This document shows, piece by piece, positions 23,901 through 35,694 of a DNA stretch of 63,637 nt. The position numbers and the translations under genes are program-made. The number at the start of each line of letters is the position of its first letter. Within the stretch, counting starts at the first letter, position 1. Under the pieces are notes generated by a model that saw nothing but the letters and a program-made list of their open reading frames with translations, had not been told where the DNA came from and did not search any database. The stretch comes from Octopus bimaculoides (lineage: Eukaryota): assembly GCF_001194135.2 (NCBI RefSeq), contig NC_068990.1, forward strand, positions 34,013,735-34,077,371, written 5' to 3'.

Positions 23901-23905
<5 letters not shown>
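23523..23905. mobile_element. Foldback MITE with long, nested inverted repeats
   Basis: taacacatgcacaggtgcaactccacttctttatt pairs with aatagagaagtgaaattgaacatgtgtacatgtta. Inner tttgtttaatgtgttggttaaa pairs with tttaaccaacacattaaacaaa. Related copy at 55075. Confidence 0.75.
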
Positions 23906-23940
<35 letters not shown>

Positions 23941-23949
23941 TGATGATGA

Positions 23950-24170
23950 TGATGATTTCAAATTTTTGCATGAAGCTAGCAGTTTTGAGGCTGGGGCAAA
24001 GTTGGTTACATTGACCTCAGTGATCAACTGGTACTTATTTTATTGACCACTAAAGAATAGAAGATAAAGTTGACCTCAGCGGAATTTGAACTTAGCATGT
24101 AAAGACAGATGAAATGCCAGTCAGCATTTTGTTTGCCATGCTAATGTTTCTGCCAAGCTTACCACCTCCA
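23950..24170 (-). mobile_element. SINE family B between (AAT/GAT)n tracts
   Basis: aaagttgacctcagcggaatttgaactt and actggtacttattttattgacc. Confidence 0.85.
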
Positions 24171-24245
24171 ATGGTATTGACAACAATGACAATGATGACA
24201 GCAATGACAACAATGAAGAGGAGGGGGAAGAAGAAGAAGAAGAAG

Positions 24246-24285
<40 letters not shown>

Positions 24286-25284
24286 TCAAATAATTACTAT
24301 GGTGATCTCAGAAATACATTCTATTAATGACTAGTAAACAAATGATGAAAACATTTAAATCTGAATTTTGAAGGTGTTTGTTGATGAGTAGTTATCAACT
24401 TGGTTGACAACTGCTCATCAAGCAATGCAGCTGATCAAATACTTATGCGTAAGCAACATGTCTGAATTATGTCTGATGTACCATCTTATCATACGTCCTC
24501 CGCCTACGGTAATCACTAAGTTTGAAATGTTATCAGAAAATTCATTGTGATATTTTATTACAAAATAGGGCTTTTGTTGAAATAGAGTTTGCAGTTTAAA
24601 AACAAATGATTTAACTACATAGCAATTATCTCATTCACTTCTGAACCTCATCACTGGTTGTTGCATTTCACATGATCTAACTTCAGTTTTCTAAGAATAC
24701 ATTTCACACATCACTCATCACATATCCATTCAAGTATAAACCCTTGTCCTGCCCAGATAAGCCACTATCTTTAATGTGCAGCAGGCTTTTTTACCTCACT
24801 TCTTTCAAGCAGGTTAACATAACATAATATCCAACTAGTCGTTTTCATTTCTCTTCCGCTTATGTAGGATTTTCACCATTCAGTTCCCGAATGTTTAGGC
24901 CACACAGTATTACATTTGTTATTCATGATTCATGCAGTCAAGCTTTCACATGAAAAGTGAAATCCTTTCTTATATGAACAAAGTCAAATGCAAGATCAGG
25001 GATGAATTTAGTATCGAAAAGTGGGTGTTCAATAAAGTGTTTTCTTGATCTTTATGTTCTAACTACCAGAAGTCACTTCAAGGATATTTCAGATTGGAAT
25101 ATACGTTAGATATTTTCTATGCCACTAACTCAAATATATCAAAGAACTACCACAGGGATTTATAACATAGAAGGGTGAATTAAGTCAAAACATCTAAGAG
25201 ATGAACATTGTCAAAATTACTATACAAAGAATTAAAAAGAATCGAAAAAAATCTTTACAAAATCTGGATTTTTCAAAGTGCTAA

Positions 25285-25830
25285 TGTATTGAGAGAGAAG
25301 TTAAACATAAAAGGAATTAGGTGCAGTGTGCAAGAGAGAAAACTGCACTAGCTTGGTCATGAGAAGCAGATGGATGCAAACAGCTCCATAAAGAAGTGCC
25401 AATCTCTCAAAGTGGGTGGAACACATGGAAGGAGGAGAGCCAGGAAGATATGAGATGAAGTACTGAAGGATAACCTCAGGATGCTGAACTTCTCAGATGT
25501 GATAACAGAGCACTGAGATACTTGGTACCTTGTTGTACTCATGAAGACCCATCTTCCACAACAGAAGTGTTAAGACCACTCCTCTTATTGGAAAGGACTG
25601 GCTTGCAAGAGTCTTGTGCCAGCGCCATGTAAAAAGCTTTGTTAAAAGCATCCCGTACACACTGTAAAGTAGTTGGCATTAGGAAGGGCATCCAGCTATA
25701 AAAACCAAGCCAAATCGGACTGGAACCTGGTGCAGCTTTCCAGCTTATCTCTGGTCAAACCATCCAACCCATGCCCACATGGAAAACAGATGTTAGAGGA
25801 TGATGCTAACGATAATGATGATTATGATAA
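25285..25830 (+). mobile_element. RTE LINE 3' end (ORF2 terminus, UTR, (GAT)n)
   Basis: ttgagagagaagtta...gtgcaagagagaaaactgcactagcttggtcat (LREKL..QERKLH.LGH), then the standard tail. Confidence 0.85.
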
Positions 25831-26619
25831 GTCAGTTAAAATAGTGGTTGAGAAAATGATAAAATATGATCATCGGTAGAATGTCAATGAATCAGATCGT
25901 ATATGCCAGTTATATTTGAGTAACATCATGTGTAATGATAAAGTGAAAGTCAGAGATGGTCGCTGTGACATATTTGCTCTATGCGGATGAAAACAGCAAT
26001 GATTGATGATTATGAAAAGAAATTTAGAGACTTGCTATTTGTGTTGGTAATAACTTAATATATGTAAAATACGAACTATATGAAGTGTGTGTCTTTGTTT
26101 ACGCATATGAAACCTGGGACTATATAAAAGTGAAAATGACTAGAAAATATGTAAGCTGAGCTTGTGGAGATTGTAAGCTAAGATAAGTTTGTAGATAATG
26201 CGAAGTACGCTGAGTTTGAAGAGATTGTGGGAATGAACTGAGTCTGGTCTACAGGCAACATTAACAAAGAGTATAAAATTTCAGACGTTTTCAGAAGGCT
26301 ATTTTGTCAGAAGTTAAAAATAAATTCATGAAAAAATCTCTGACTTGTATTTGTCTGCTTCAAAGTAAATACATAACAGAAATTTGGACAAATGAGAACT
26401 ACTGCAACAAATTTGAATGACAATAAAATAATGTCAAAGTTTAATAGCTGAGCCATAATTATGTATTGGTAATTATGTCAATAGAAAACGATACAACTTC
26501 ATGGAAGCTAAATAATACAGATTGCTTTGTAATTAGCATCTGCGACGAGCAATAAAATTTCTTCAGTATGTTTTCCAAATAAGAATGATAAATCCCATTG
26601 AATGGAGCCTGCTACTCAC

Positions 26620-26635
26620 AATGGAGCTGTTTCAA
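26620..26635 (-). CDS. Putative 16-nt microexon (xETAPx)
   Basis: Minus strand reads tttttttttccag|TTGAAACAGCTCCATT|gtgagt; both splice sites are consensus. Confidence 0.3.
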
Positions 26636-26742
26636 CTGGAAAAAAAAATCAATGTATTCTATTCAGAAGCAGCAGTTTCATAGTCATTTGAGAAGAATTA
26701 CACAGAAAAATATACAGCATAGCAGAAAAATTTAGCTTTTAC

Positions 26743-26818
26743 AAGTGCTAAAAACCACAACATCATTCGCTTGAAATATGTGGCAGCAAAACATCATAGA
26801 ATGAGAACAATTTGGTCT
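26743..26818 (-). CDS. Putative exon (RPNCSHSMMFCCHIFQANDVVVFST)
   Basis: Acceptor follows a (CT)n tract and may be fortuitous. Donor gtaaaa. Phase 1 matches the microexon across a 107-nt intron. Confidence 0.2.
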
Positions 26819-26840
26819 CTAGAGAGAAAGAGAAAGAAAT

Positions 26841-26871
<31 letters not shown>

Positions 26872-28189
26872 CAGAGAGAGAAAGGAAGACTGGCATTACA
26901 TTTGTTATATAGTTTATTGCTGACAGATATATACACACAGACACACGTGTGCATATNNNNNNNNNNTATATATAGATAGATATATATATATATATATGTA
27001 TATATGAGAGGGAAGCAGGAGTTATACAGGTAGCAAAAAAGAGAGAGATATAGTGAAGAAGGAGAGAGGGCTATATTTTAATTTAAAAACATTGTTCCTA
27101 TCAATAGCTCTTTTATCATTAGAAACAAAACCATGAATAAACTATCTGACTGTTTCTGCATTGTATTAGCTTTATGAATTGAATCAATTTAAAAGAAAAC
27201 AAACAAACAAGTAAAAAAAAAAAAAAGACAAGAACAAAACAGAATAGCTGTTAGATTAACATTGTTTATCAGGAATAATTTCATAATAAAAATAGCAATT
27301 AATTTCAGAGTAGAAGATAAAACGTAGTATTATTTCAGCAGAGAAGATGATACTGGTGATGGTAATGATAATAATAATAATACTTATAACAAAGACAATG
27401 ATCATGATGATCATGATGATGATTAAAAACAATGATAACAGAAATTACAATTACTTCATTGATTAAATAACTTATGATTAAATATGAAAGCATCCCCCAT
27501 TCCCTCACACAAAAAAACAGTTTTCAAGTAGGCAGATTAACGAAACAAAACTTAGAATTTATGCATTTGTAAAAATCCTTTGCTAACACATTGCAATTGC
27601 AATGGAAAATTTTCTGAAAATGGAATTAGAAATTTCTCAAAGTTAAATTGATTTATTCTTCAAAATCCCAAAAGATAATATAAATTATTTACCAATCTTC
27701 ATTGCCCTTGTAGAAACTGTAATCGTATGGAAACAATGACACGTTGTGGAACAAAATGAAAATTCAAGAAAACAAGCATAACACAATTTAAAATTCATTA
27801 TATTAATTGAATGTTCTATGCAGTTCTAGAATCTTGCTAATTCAAATACTAATTGTATTTAACAATTAAGGATTATCATTAACATTTGTTACTTTCAGTT
27901 TTGTTTATTAGTTTTCATCTATGCTCAATAATAGTGCAAAGGAAATATTTACAGCATTCCTTTCTCCTCCATAAGTTTTGAGGTTTTTTGCAAGAATTGG
28001 CATTTACGACTGCTTCCCCCTCCCAACACCACTACCACCACCGCCACTCCTACCACCACCGCCACCCCTACCACTACTGCTACTGCTGCTGCTGCTGATA
28101 CTACTACTGGTGCAGATACTTAGAGAATATTAGAAATGCTTTAACAACAGGTAATAAAATTGAGGGGAAAGATAAAGTGAAAATAAAAG

Positions 28190-28492
28190 TAGAGTTGCAG
28201 AGATGAAGATGAAGAAATAGAAGATGAGAGTTAGAAATGGAGAGGAGAAAGAGATGGGAAGGTGGAGAGAAGGAGAGAAAGTAGCGGAACATAGAAGAGT
28301 CAGAGTGTGCAGATGAGGGAGAGAGTGTAGAGGTGTTTTGTGTAGAAGACAAAATGAGAGTGTGTAGAGAAAGGATAAAGAGTGTGTAAAGAAGTAAAAG
28401 ATTATGTAGGGAAGGATAAAGGTGTAGGGAGGTGAGAGTGTTGAGAAGAGAGAGAAAGAAAGTGTGTGTGTAGAGAGAGAGAAGAGAGAGTA

Positions 28493-28523
<31 letters not shown>

Positions 28524-28745
28524 AGAAGAGAGAGTGTATACATGTGTGTGTAGAGAGAAGAGAGAATGTGTGTAGAGCAAGAAAGGAGAGAGAATGTGTG
28601 TGTGTAGAGAGAGAAGAGATGATATGTAGAGAGGAGAGAGTGAGTGGAGGAGAGGGGAAAAGAGGAGAGAGTGAGAGTATGTGTATGTGTGTGTAGAGAG
28701 AGAAAGAAAGAAGAGAAAATGTGTAGAGAGAAGAGAGAGGGGAGA

Positions 28746-28795
<50 letters not shown>

Positions 28796-28858
28796 GAGAG
28801 AAAGAGAAGAGAGAGTGTGTGTAGTGGGAGAGAGAGAGAAGAGAGAGTGTGTGTGTGT
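28190..28858. repeat. Purine-rich (GA)n/(GT)n compound tract
   Basis: Recurrent agagaagagagagtgtgtgtgt units up to the N gap. Confidence 0.9.
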
Positions 28859-30029
28859 NNNNNNNNNNNNNNNNNNNNNNNNNNNNNNNNNNNNNNNNNN
28901 NNNNNNNNNNNNNNNNNNNNNNNNNNNNNNNNNNNNNNNNNNNNNNNNNNNNNNNNNNNNNNNNNNNNNNNNNNNNNNNNNNNNNNNNNNNNNNNNNNNN
29001 NNNNNNNNNNNNNNNNNNNNNNNNNNNNNNNNNNNNNNNNNNNNNNNNNNNNNNNNNNNNNNNNNNNNNNNNNNNNNNNNNNNNNNNNNNNNNNNNNNNN
29101 NNNNNNNNNNNNNNNNNNNNNNNNNNNNNNNNNNNNNNNNNNNNNNNNNNGGGGGGGGAGTGTCTATGAGAACTGTAGAGGAGGCAAACAAATTGCCATT
29201 GCCATGTTTAATATAAATAAAGATGGTTTTAAGCTTCAAACTTCCAACAAAATGACAAAGAGCGAACAATTCCATGGACGTAGTTTTGTTTTCTCATTAA
29301 TAAAGGAGGGAAAATTTCACTAACATGTTTTTTTGTTTTTAGTTGGTTGTTGGCGAGCCTGATACAGAACAGTGGCTCAAGATTATGAAATAAGAGTAAA
29401 CATAACAAACGGTGGAGTGATAAATAGGTGGGATGCAAGGGCTACGAGGAATAGTGGAGACGAAGGAGGGGAATTTTGTGTATCATCTAAAATATTTTAC
29501 AGGCTGTAAGGATATAGGGCTACCATCATTGGGTAAACCTGTCCCGTACAAAACAATTCTCTTCAATGAAAACGAACACGCTGGATAAATTGAATAACAG
29601 CATAACAAATATTTATTATGAGGTGTTCAGCCTACATCTCGAGTAACGAAATTGCCAGGGTGCCCTTTATGGTTGGTGTGAAGACAGTGTCGACGCTGGT
29701 TTATTAAGTCAATCTTCAGCCTCCGAAGAAGTTTGCTTGACTCAAAGGTAGAGTTACGGAGCGGCTCTTAGTGGTCTGTGTCTTCGAAGGTCCAGTGCTA
29801 AGAGGTCCAGAAAAGGTGGGAACGCTTTGATATAGGATGACCACGCATGCACGAGGGACTTCCTGCATGCCTTCCGGAAGACATGTCCCTGCACATGCCT
29901 GGACGAACTTCCCAAAATGGGGACTGGTATTAGGCGTCACTACAAGGCTCTCCAAGACTGGAATAGGAAGAGATGAAGAGGATAGTGACCAAGCCTGAAT
30001 GTTCACAACAGAATCGATCTGTTCTGACT

Positions 30030-30310
30030 GGGCATGGTTGGTTGTTAAGAAGGTTGCTTCCCAACCATATGGTTCTAGGTGCAGTCCCATTGTGTAGCAT
30101 CTTGGGCTGGTGGAGATTTCTAGAAGAAAAGTCTAAGAAGCCCATTGTATATGAAAGTGTGCATATGGGGTTTGTTGTATTTGTCTTTGTCTTCCACCAC
30201 CATATGACAACTGGTGTCAGTTTGTTTGCATCCCTTTAAACTAGCAGTATGGCAAAAGAAGACTAATAGAATAAGTACTAGACTGTCACAGCATGGCTGC
30301 AGTCCAATGA
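30030..30310 (+). mobile_element. SINE family A, internally deleted and degenerate
   Basis: ttgcttcccaaccatatggttctaggtgcagtccca...gaataagtactag. Confidence 0.75.
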
Positions 30311-30435
30311 TTGAATAATATATATATATATATTAATAAATCATAGGGCAGCAAAAAAATTTTAGAAATTTTATTTACCACCAGTGGTCCAGCGAGAATA
30401 AACATTAGTCAATAGACTATAAATTATTCATTTAT

Positions 30436-30566
30436 AATACAGAGATGCCTATAATAGGACATCTAACCTGCTAGAAAGAGCAGCAAAAAACTCTATTTTT
30501 GTGGTATAGAGTTTTTTGCTGCTCTTTCTAGCGGGTTAGATGTCCTATTATAGGCATCTCTGTATT
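30436..30566. repeat. Near-perfect palindrome: 61-bp arms, 9-nt loop
   Basis: 30436-30496 versus the reverse complement of 30506-30566 shows one transition mismatch. Confidence 0.95.
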
Positions 30567-30644
30567 TTAAATAAAATTAAATATATATATATATAAAACT
30601 GGATTATTGTTATTATTATTATTATGATTATCATTATTATTATT

Positions 30645-30920
30645 AGTGCCCCTGGACTGGCTCTTGTACGGGTGGCACATAAAAGACACCATTTTGAGCG
30701 TGGCCGTTGCCAGTACCGCCTGACTGGCCCTCGTGCGGGTGACACGTAAAAGCACCCACTACACTCTCTGAGTGGTTGGCGTTAGGAAGGGCATCCAGCT
30801 GTAGAAACTCTGCCAAATTAGATTGGAGCCTGGTGTTGCCATCCGGTTTCACCAGTCCTCAGTCAAATCGTCCAACCCATGCTAGCATGGAAAGCGGACG
30901 TTAAACGATGATGATGATGA
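30645..30920 (+). mobile_element. Young RTE 3' UTR retrocopy inserted at (ATT)n
   Basis: CpG-retaining sequence, (GAT)n tail, near-identical to 57373-57650. Confidence 0.9.
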
Positions 30921-30933
30921 TTATTATTATTAT

Positions 30934-31665
30934 TAAGGTGGTGAGTTGAAAATCGTTAGCACATCAGGCAAAAGGCTTAGTGATATTTCGTCTGTCACTA
31001 CGTTCTGAGATCAAATTCCACTGAAGTAGACTTTGCCTTTCATCCTTTCGGGGTCAATGAATTAAGTACCAGTCATGTACTGGGTCGATGTAATCAACTA
31101 GTCCTCTCCCCAAATTTCAAGGCCATGTGCCTTCAGTAAAAAGGATTATTATTATTATTATTAAGGTAGCAAGCTGGCAGAATCATTAGCATGCCAGGCA
31201 AAATGTTTAGCAGTATTCTATCCATCTTTACGTTCCGAGTTCAAATTCCGCTGAGATTGATTCTGCCTTTCATCCTTTCAGGGTCGATAAAATAAGTACC
31301 AATCGAATACTGATATCGATATACTTGACTTATTCCTCCCCCAAACTTACTGGCCTTGTGCCAAAATTTGAAGCCGTTATTATTATTACTATCATTATTA
31401 TTATTATGATTATTATTATTATTATTATTATCATCATTATTATTAAGGTAGCAAACTGGCAGAATTGATAGCGCACTGGATAAGGTGCTTAGCAGTATCT
31501 CGCCTGTCATTACGTTCAGAGTTCAAATTCCGCCGAAGTCGACTTTACCTTTCATCTTTACGGGGTTGATAAAATAGGTACCAATTGAACACTGGGGTTG
31601 ATCGACCCATCCCCTTCCCCCAAATTGCTGCCCTTGTGGCCAAAATTTGAAACCATTATTGTTAT
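30934..31665 (+). mobile_element. Head-to-tail trimer of SINE family B separated by (ATT)n
   Basis: Heads at about 30934, 31165 and 31445, each preceded by ttattattaagg. Confidence 0.9.
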
Positions 31666-32199
31666 TATTATTTGGTATTGCAGCAAGAGATCAACAGAGA
31701 TCGTGAGATGGAGGGGATAATATTTAGTTGTTACTGATGAGAACTGGTGAAGTTTACAGTGTTGTTTATTGTTATTATTTAGTCCTAGATTAATGATAAT
31801 TGAACAGATCTATGAACAAACATCTATGATAATCCAGTCTTTGTCTTTAAGCAGTCTGGATCTAAGAGCTTATTATCCATTATATTCTTCAATACAGTGG
31901 GGTGTGATTTTTAGATTCTGTTGGTAGTTCTCGTAGGTCAGACTACTGCAAAGAGGCTTTTTTGTTGGCCCCCTTCAACTTTGTCTTCTTAATATTCTTA
32001 GTGAAAGTGTCTATGGGTTGTTCAAAGAGATCAGAGTGCCATTTTCCCCACTGAAGAATGTTCTTAAGAACAACATTTCTAAGAGTGTTATTTTCATAAC
32101 ATGTTTAGATTATATGTAGACTGTATCTGTATGTAGAATGCCGAGGACTGAAGTGTGGTACTATCCACTTAGAAGTGTTTAGGCTGCATGTGATTGGTG

Positions 32200-32600
32200 T
32201 TATCATCATCATCATTATTTAATGTCTATTTTACATGCTGGTATGGGGTGGACAGTTAGACCGGAGCTGGCTATTTGAAGAGTCGCCTGGGTTTCACGTC
32301 TGTTTTGGCATGGCTTTTACCACTGGATGCCCTTCATAACACCAACCATTTTACAGAGTGTACTGGGGCATTTTTACATAGCACTAGCATGGGTAATTTT
32401 ATGTGGTACCTGCATGGGCGCTTTTCATGTGGCAACAGCACCCAGAAACCTACAAGATTAGAATCACTAAGCTGAAGAGGGATGTAGGGGACATGCCTTT
32501 TAGTAAGGACAACCACAATTTTACTTAGCTTGACATGTCTTCTCAAGCATAGCAGACCACCGAAGGAGGACTCAGTCAGGAGTTTCATCTACACAAGAGT
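32200..32600 (-). mobile_element. RTE LINE 3' end
   Basis: (CAT)n tail, ctggatgcccttcataacaccaacc, and gtcttctcaagcatagcag ORF2 terminus. Confidence 0.8.
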
Positions 32601-32699
32601 GTATGTGTAGAGAGAATAGCAAGTGTATCATTAATGGAAAGAAAGAAATGTGGGATATATCTCTGAATCCCTCCTCAGCTGAGCAATCCTAATCTTGGA

Positions 32700-32935
32700 G
32701 GCTCATGGATGATGGTTCCAAACAAAAAGCACCTATGCTGGTGTCACACAAAAGCAACCAGTACACTCTGTAAAGCAGTTGGCATTAGGAAGGGCATCCA
32801 GTGGTAGAAACTATGCCAAAACGGTCATGAAGTCCAGGCAACTCTTCCACTGGCCAGCTCCTGTCAAACAGTCCATCTTATACCAGCATGTAAAATGGAC
32901 ATTAAATGACAATGATGACAATGATGATGATGATT
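32700..32935 (+). mobile_element. RTE 3' tail fragment
   Basis: gttggcattaggaagggcatccag...ggacattaaatgac(aat/gat)n. Confidence 0.8.
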
Positions 32936-33459
32936 CAGGAGGTATTTTCGATGACCAGACTTTATACCATGAGTCAAAGAGAGATCGAACAGAACACATG
33001 GGAATGGTAAGATCTGTCAGGTTCATGAAATCAAGCATGAATAGCGACCATTGACAAACAATTCAGTTGGAAACTTTCCAAGCCTTACAGCTTCAAAGTG
33101 TTTTGTTAATCTTAAATGAAATAACGTTGTGTATAAGAAACCAGTGACAAGAACTATTAATGCAAATCTCAGGTAAATTTATAGAAACCATAATAATGAT
33201 CGCTGAAGATCAAGATAGAATCAAAATGATGAAGAAGATGATTACATTTGAGATGCGAGAAGTTGATGCAATTGAGAGCAATTGTTAGTAGTTGGTTGGG
33301 TAAGGGAGCTTAACCTTTTTGTGAGGACAGAATACTGGTAACAGTGTTGAAGAAGGTTAGACATATACAAAAGTCTTTTAATGTATAGAACACTGAGAGG
33401 GAAAATATATTAAAAAAAAAGTGATAGCAAAATATAGTAATAAAAAGAGATGGGAAAAG

Positions 33460-34430
33460 GAAAGTGGTAATAGGAAGAGGTAGTAATACAGAAATATAGT
33501 TAGAGTGAGAGACAGTAATGAAGAGAGGTATAGTAAGAGAGAGAAATACTAAAAGGTAGATAGTAATACATATAGACAGTAACAGATATGGTAATACATA
33601 GATATGGTAATAGTCAGAGCTAAAGAAAAACATAGTAATACAGAGAGAGTAATAGAAAGCCATAGTCAGTAAGATAGTGTGAGAGAGAGAAAGAGGGCTA
33701 TAACATTAAAAAGAGATAGTAAGAGAGAAAGAGACAGTAGTAGTGAAATAGTGGGAGAGAGAGAGAGAAAGTATAAAGAAGATATAATATAAGAGAGATA
33801 TAGTATGAGAGGGAAAGTATGAGAGAAACAGTAGTAGAGAGAAATGGTAGTGTAGAAAGAGATAATGTAAGTGAGATAGAGAGAGGGTTATATCTGGTGC
33901 AAGTATGAGTATATTTGTATAAAAGAGAGGTTGAAGAAGGAAAAATATATATGTAAATGTGAGCATAAAAACAGCAATAGAAAGAGAGGGAGTAAGACTG
34001 ATTCAGAGAGAGAGGGAGTAAAAAGAGCAATGTACAGAGGGAGGTGAGTAGAAGGAGTAATATAGAAAGAGTGGTGTAAAAGGAGCAACATATATAGAAA
34101 AGGGGGAGTAGAAGAAGCAACAAACGGAGAGAAGAGGAGTAGAAGGAGCAACATATAGAGATGGGGGAGCAGAAAGAGCAATATAGAGAGTGGGGCGAGT
34201 AGAAGAGCAACATATAGAGAGGGGGGAAAGTAGAGGGAGCAATATCTGAAGAGAAATGGGGAGTAGAAGGAGTAATGCATAGAAAGAGGGACAGTATAAA
34301 GTAGAAAGCATATAGAGAGAGAAATGCAAAGAGCAAAAGAATTGTTGAAGAGGGGGGGGGATAGAGTAGGAGGGAAGTAAACTGAAAATATGGAAATAGA
34401 GTAAAAGAAAGATAGGAGTGATAGGTAGAG
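33460..34430. repeat. About 1-kb purine-strand-biased degenerate minisatellite (12-14 bp, then about 30 bp units)
   Basis: agatagtaatac-like units, then ggggagtagaaggagcaacatatagag units. Confidence 0.85.
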
Positions 34431-34789
34431 AGAGAATTTGGGTGATTGAGAGAAAATTAAAATTCATGATAAAAAAAAAGCAATCTAGTTATTCATCAAT
34501 GGTGCCCACATTTAATTTCATCTTAGAATTTCACTGGAAGGCCTAGACATCAAAAAATTGTGTGGGTGCACACAAGCTTGTGTGTGTATGAGAGAGAAAG
34601 AGAGAGGGAGGGAGAGAGAGAGTGAGAATGCACATATGCACACACACATTCACACATGCACCTTCTGAACTGTGTCTGTGTGTTATATTTCCCACTTTCA
34701 GGAGCCAATGATAGAAGAGTGATTAACAGAGAGGTGAATAATTTGTAAGTTCCACCACATTGCCAACCAACACCCCCTGCATGCGTGCG

Positions 34790-34852
<63 letters not shown>
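34790..34852. repeat. (TG)n microsatellite
   Basis: Direct reading. Confidence 0.95.
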
Positions 34853-34853
<1 letters not shown>

Positions 34854-35694
34854 ACAGACACTGTGCCAAGTCAGATTGCATAACATATTTATTATTAGTC
34901 TGGGAAGAGTGCAGACAGAGAAGGTAGAAAAATATTGTACAGCTAATAAATAATATATTGTTATTTAGAAAGAATAAACTTTAACAAAGTTCAACATCAA
35001 TATATACAACCGTTTCTATGATTGCATTGGAATTTACAAGAGACAAAATAGCACATTTTTCCATGCTTCATAATTGAACTCAATTTCCAATCATACTCAA
35101 TGTAATGAGGAGTAAAGAAACTTATTAGCAATTGATTAAATATTAAACTGGTTAAATTACTGGAGCCTCATTATCAAATCAATTTCTGATTTGATTTTTA
35201 AAAATTTTTCTTCATTTTAGGAGTTAATTTTCTTTTACAGCATTTCTACAATTTTTTCTCCCGAATGGTTTCGCAAATTCATATATTTCTGAAAATTATC
35301 ATAGCATGTATTTACAAACAGATGTCAATCCCTCCAACAGTGACAGTTATATTGTGCAAAGAGGCTCTAATTTCATTTAAGTTGATTGTCACAAAATGTC
35401 TTAGATGGCTTCTTTTTACAAAGTGATGTAGCCATAAACATTAAATATTCTTCCAAATACAAAAATAAGATTAATAATAAAAACAATTATAATCCTAGAT
35501 TAAAATCTTCTAATGTAATGTAAATAGTAAAAAGTTTGAATGATAATAATGAAATAATCTACCAACTTTACTAATCTGCTTCAGTTTATATGGTAAAGAT
35601 ATGAAAATTCTATATGATTTTTGCAAATGAGAAGTATTTGCTATTTTTAATAATTTTTGTAAAGAATGTCCATCTCTGGCAAAAAATCCAACTC

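Noticed and set aside
29343-29393. Strong plus acceptor with branch point, LVVGEPDTEQWLKIMK*
   Set aside because: Isolated; the PH-like tryptophan helix resemblance is too short to support.
31950-32190. Possible old RTE-like ORF2 remnants (also 24640-24960, 38640-38960, 46300-46660)
   Set aside because: Too decayed to assign by eye.
33698-34467. Hydrophobic L/S/F-rich minus ORFs resembling membrane proteins (also 28104-28580)
   Set aside because: By-product of GA-rich repeats that lack stop codons on the CT strand.
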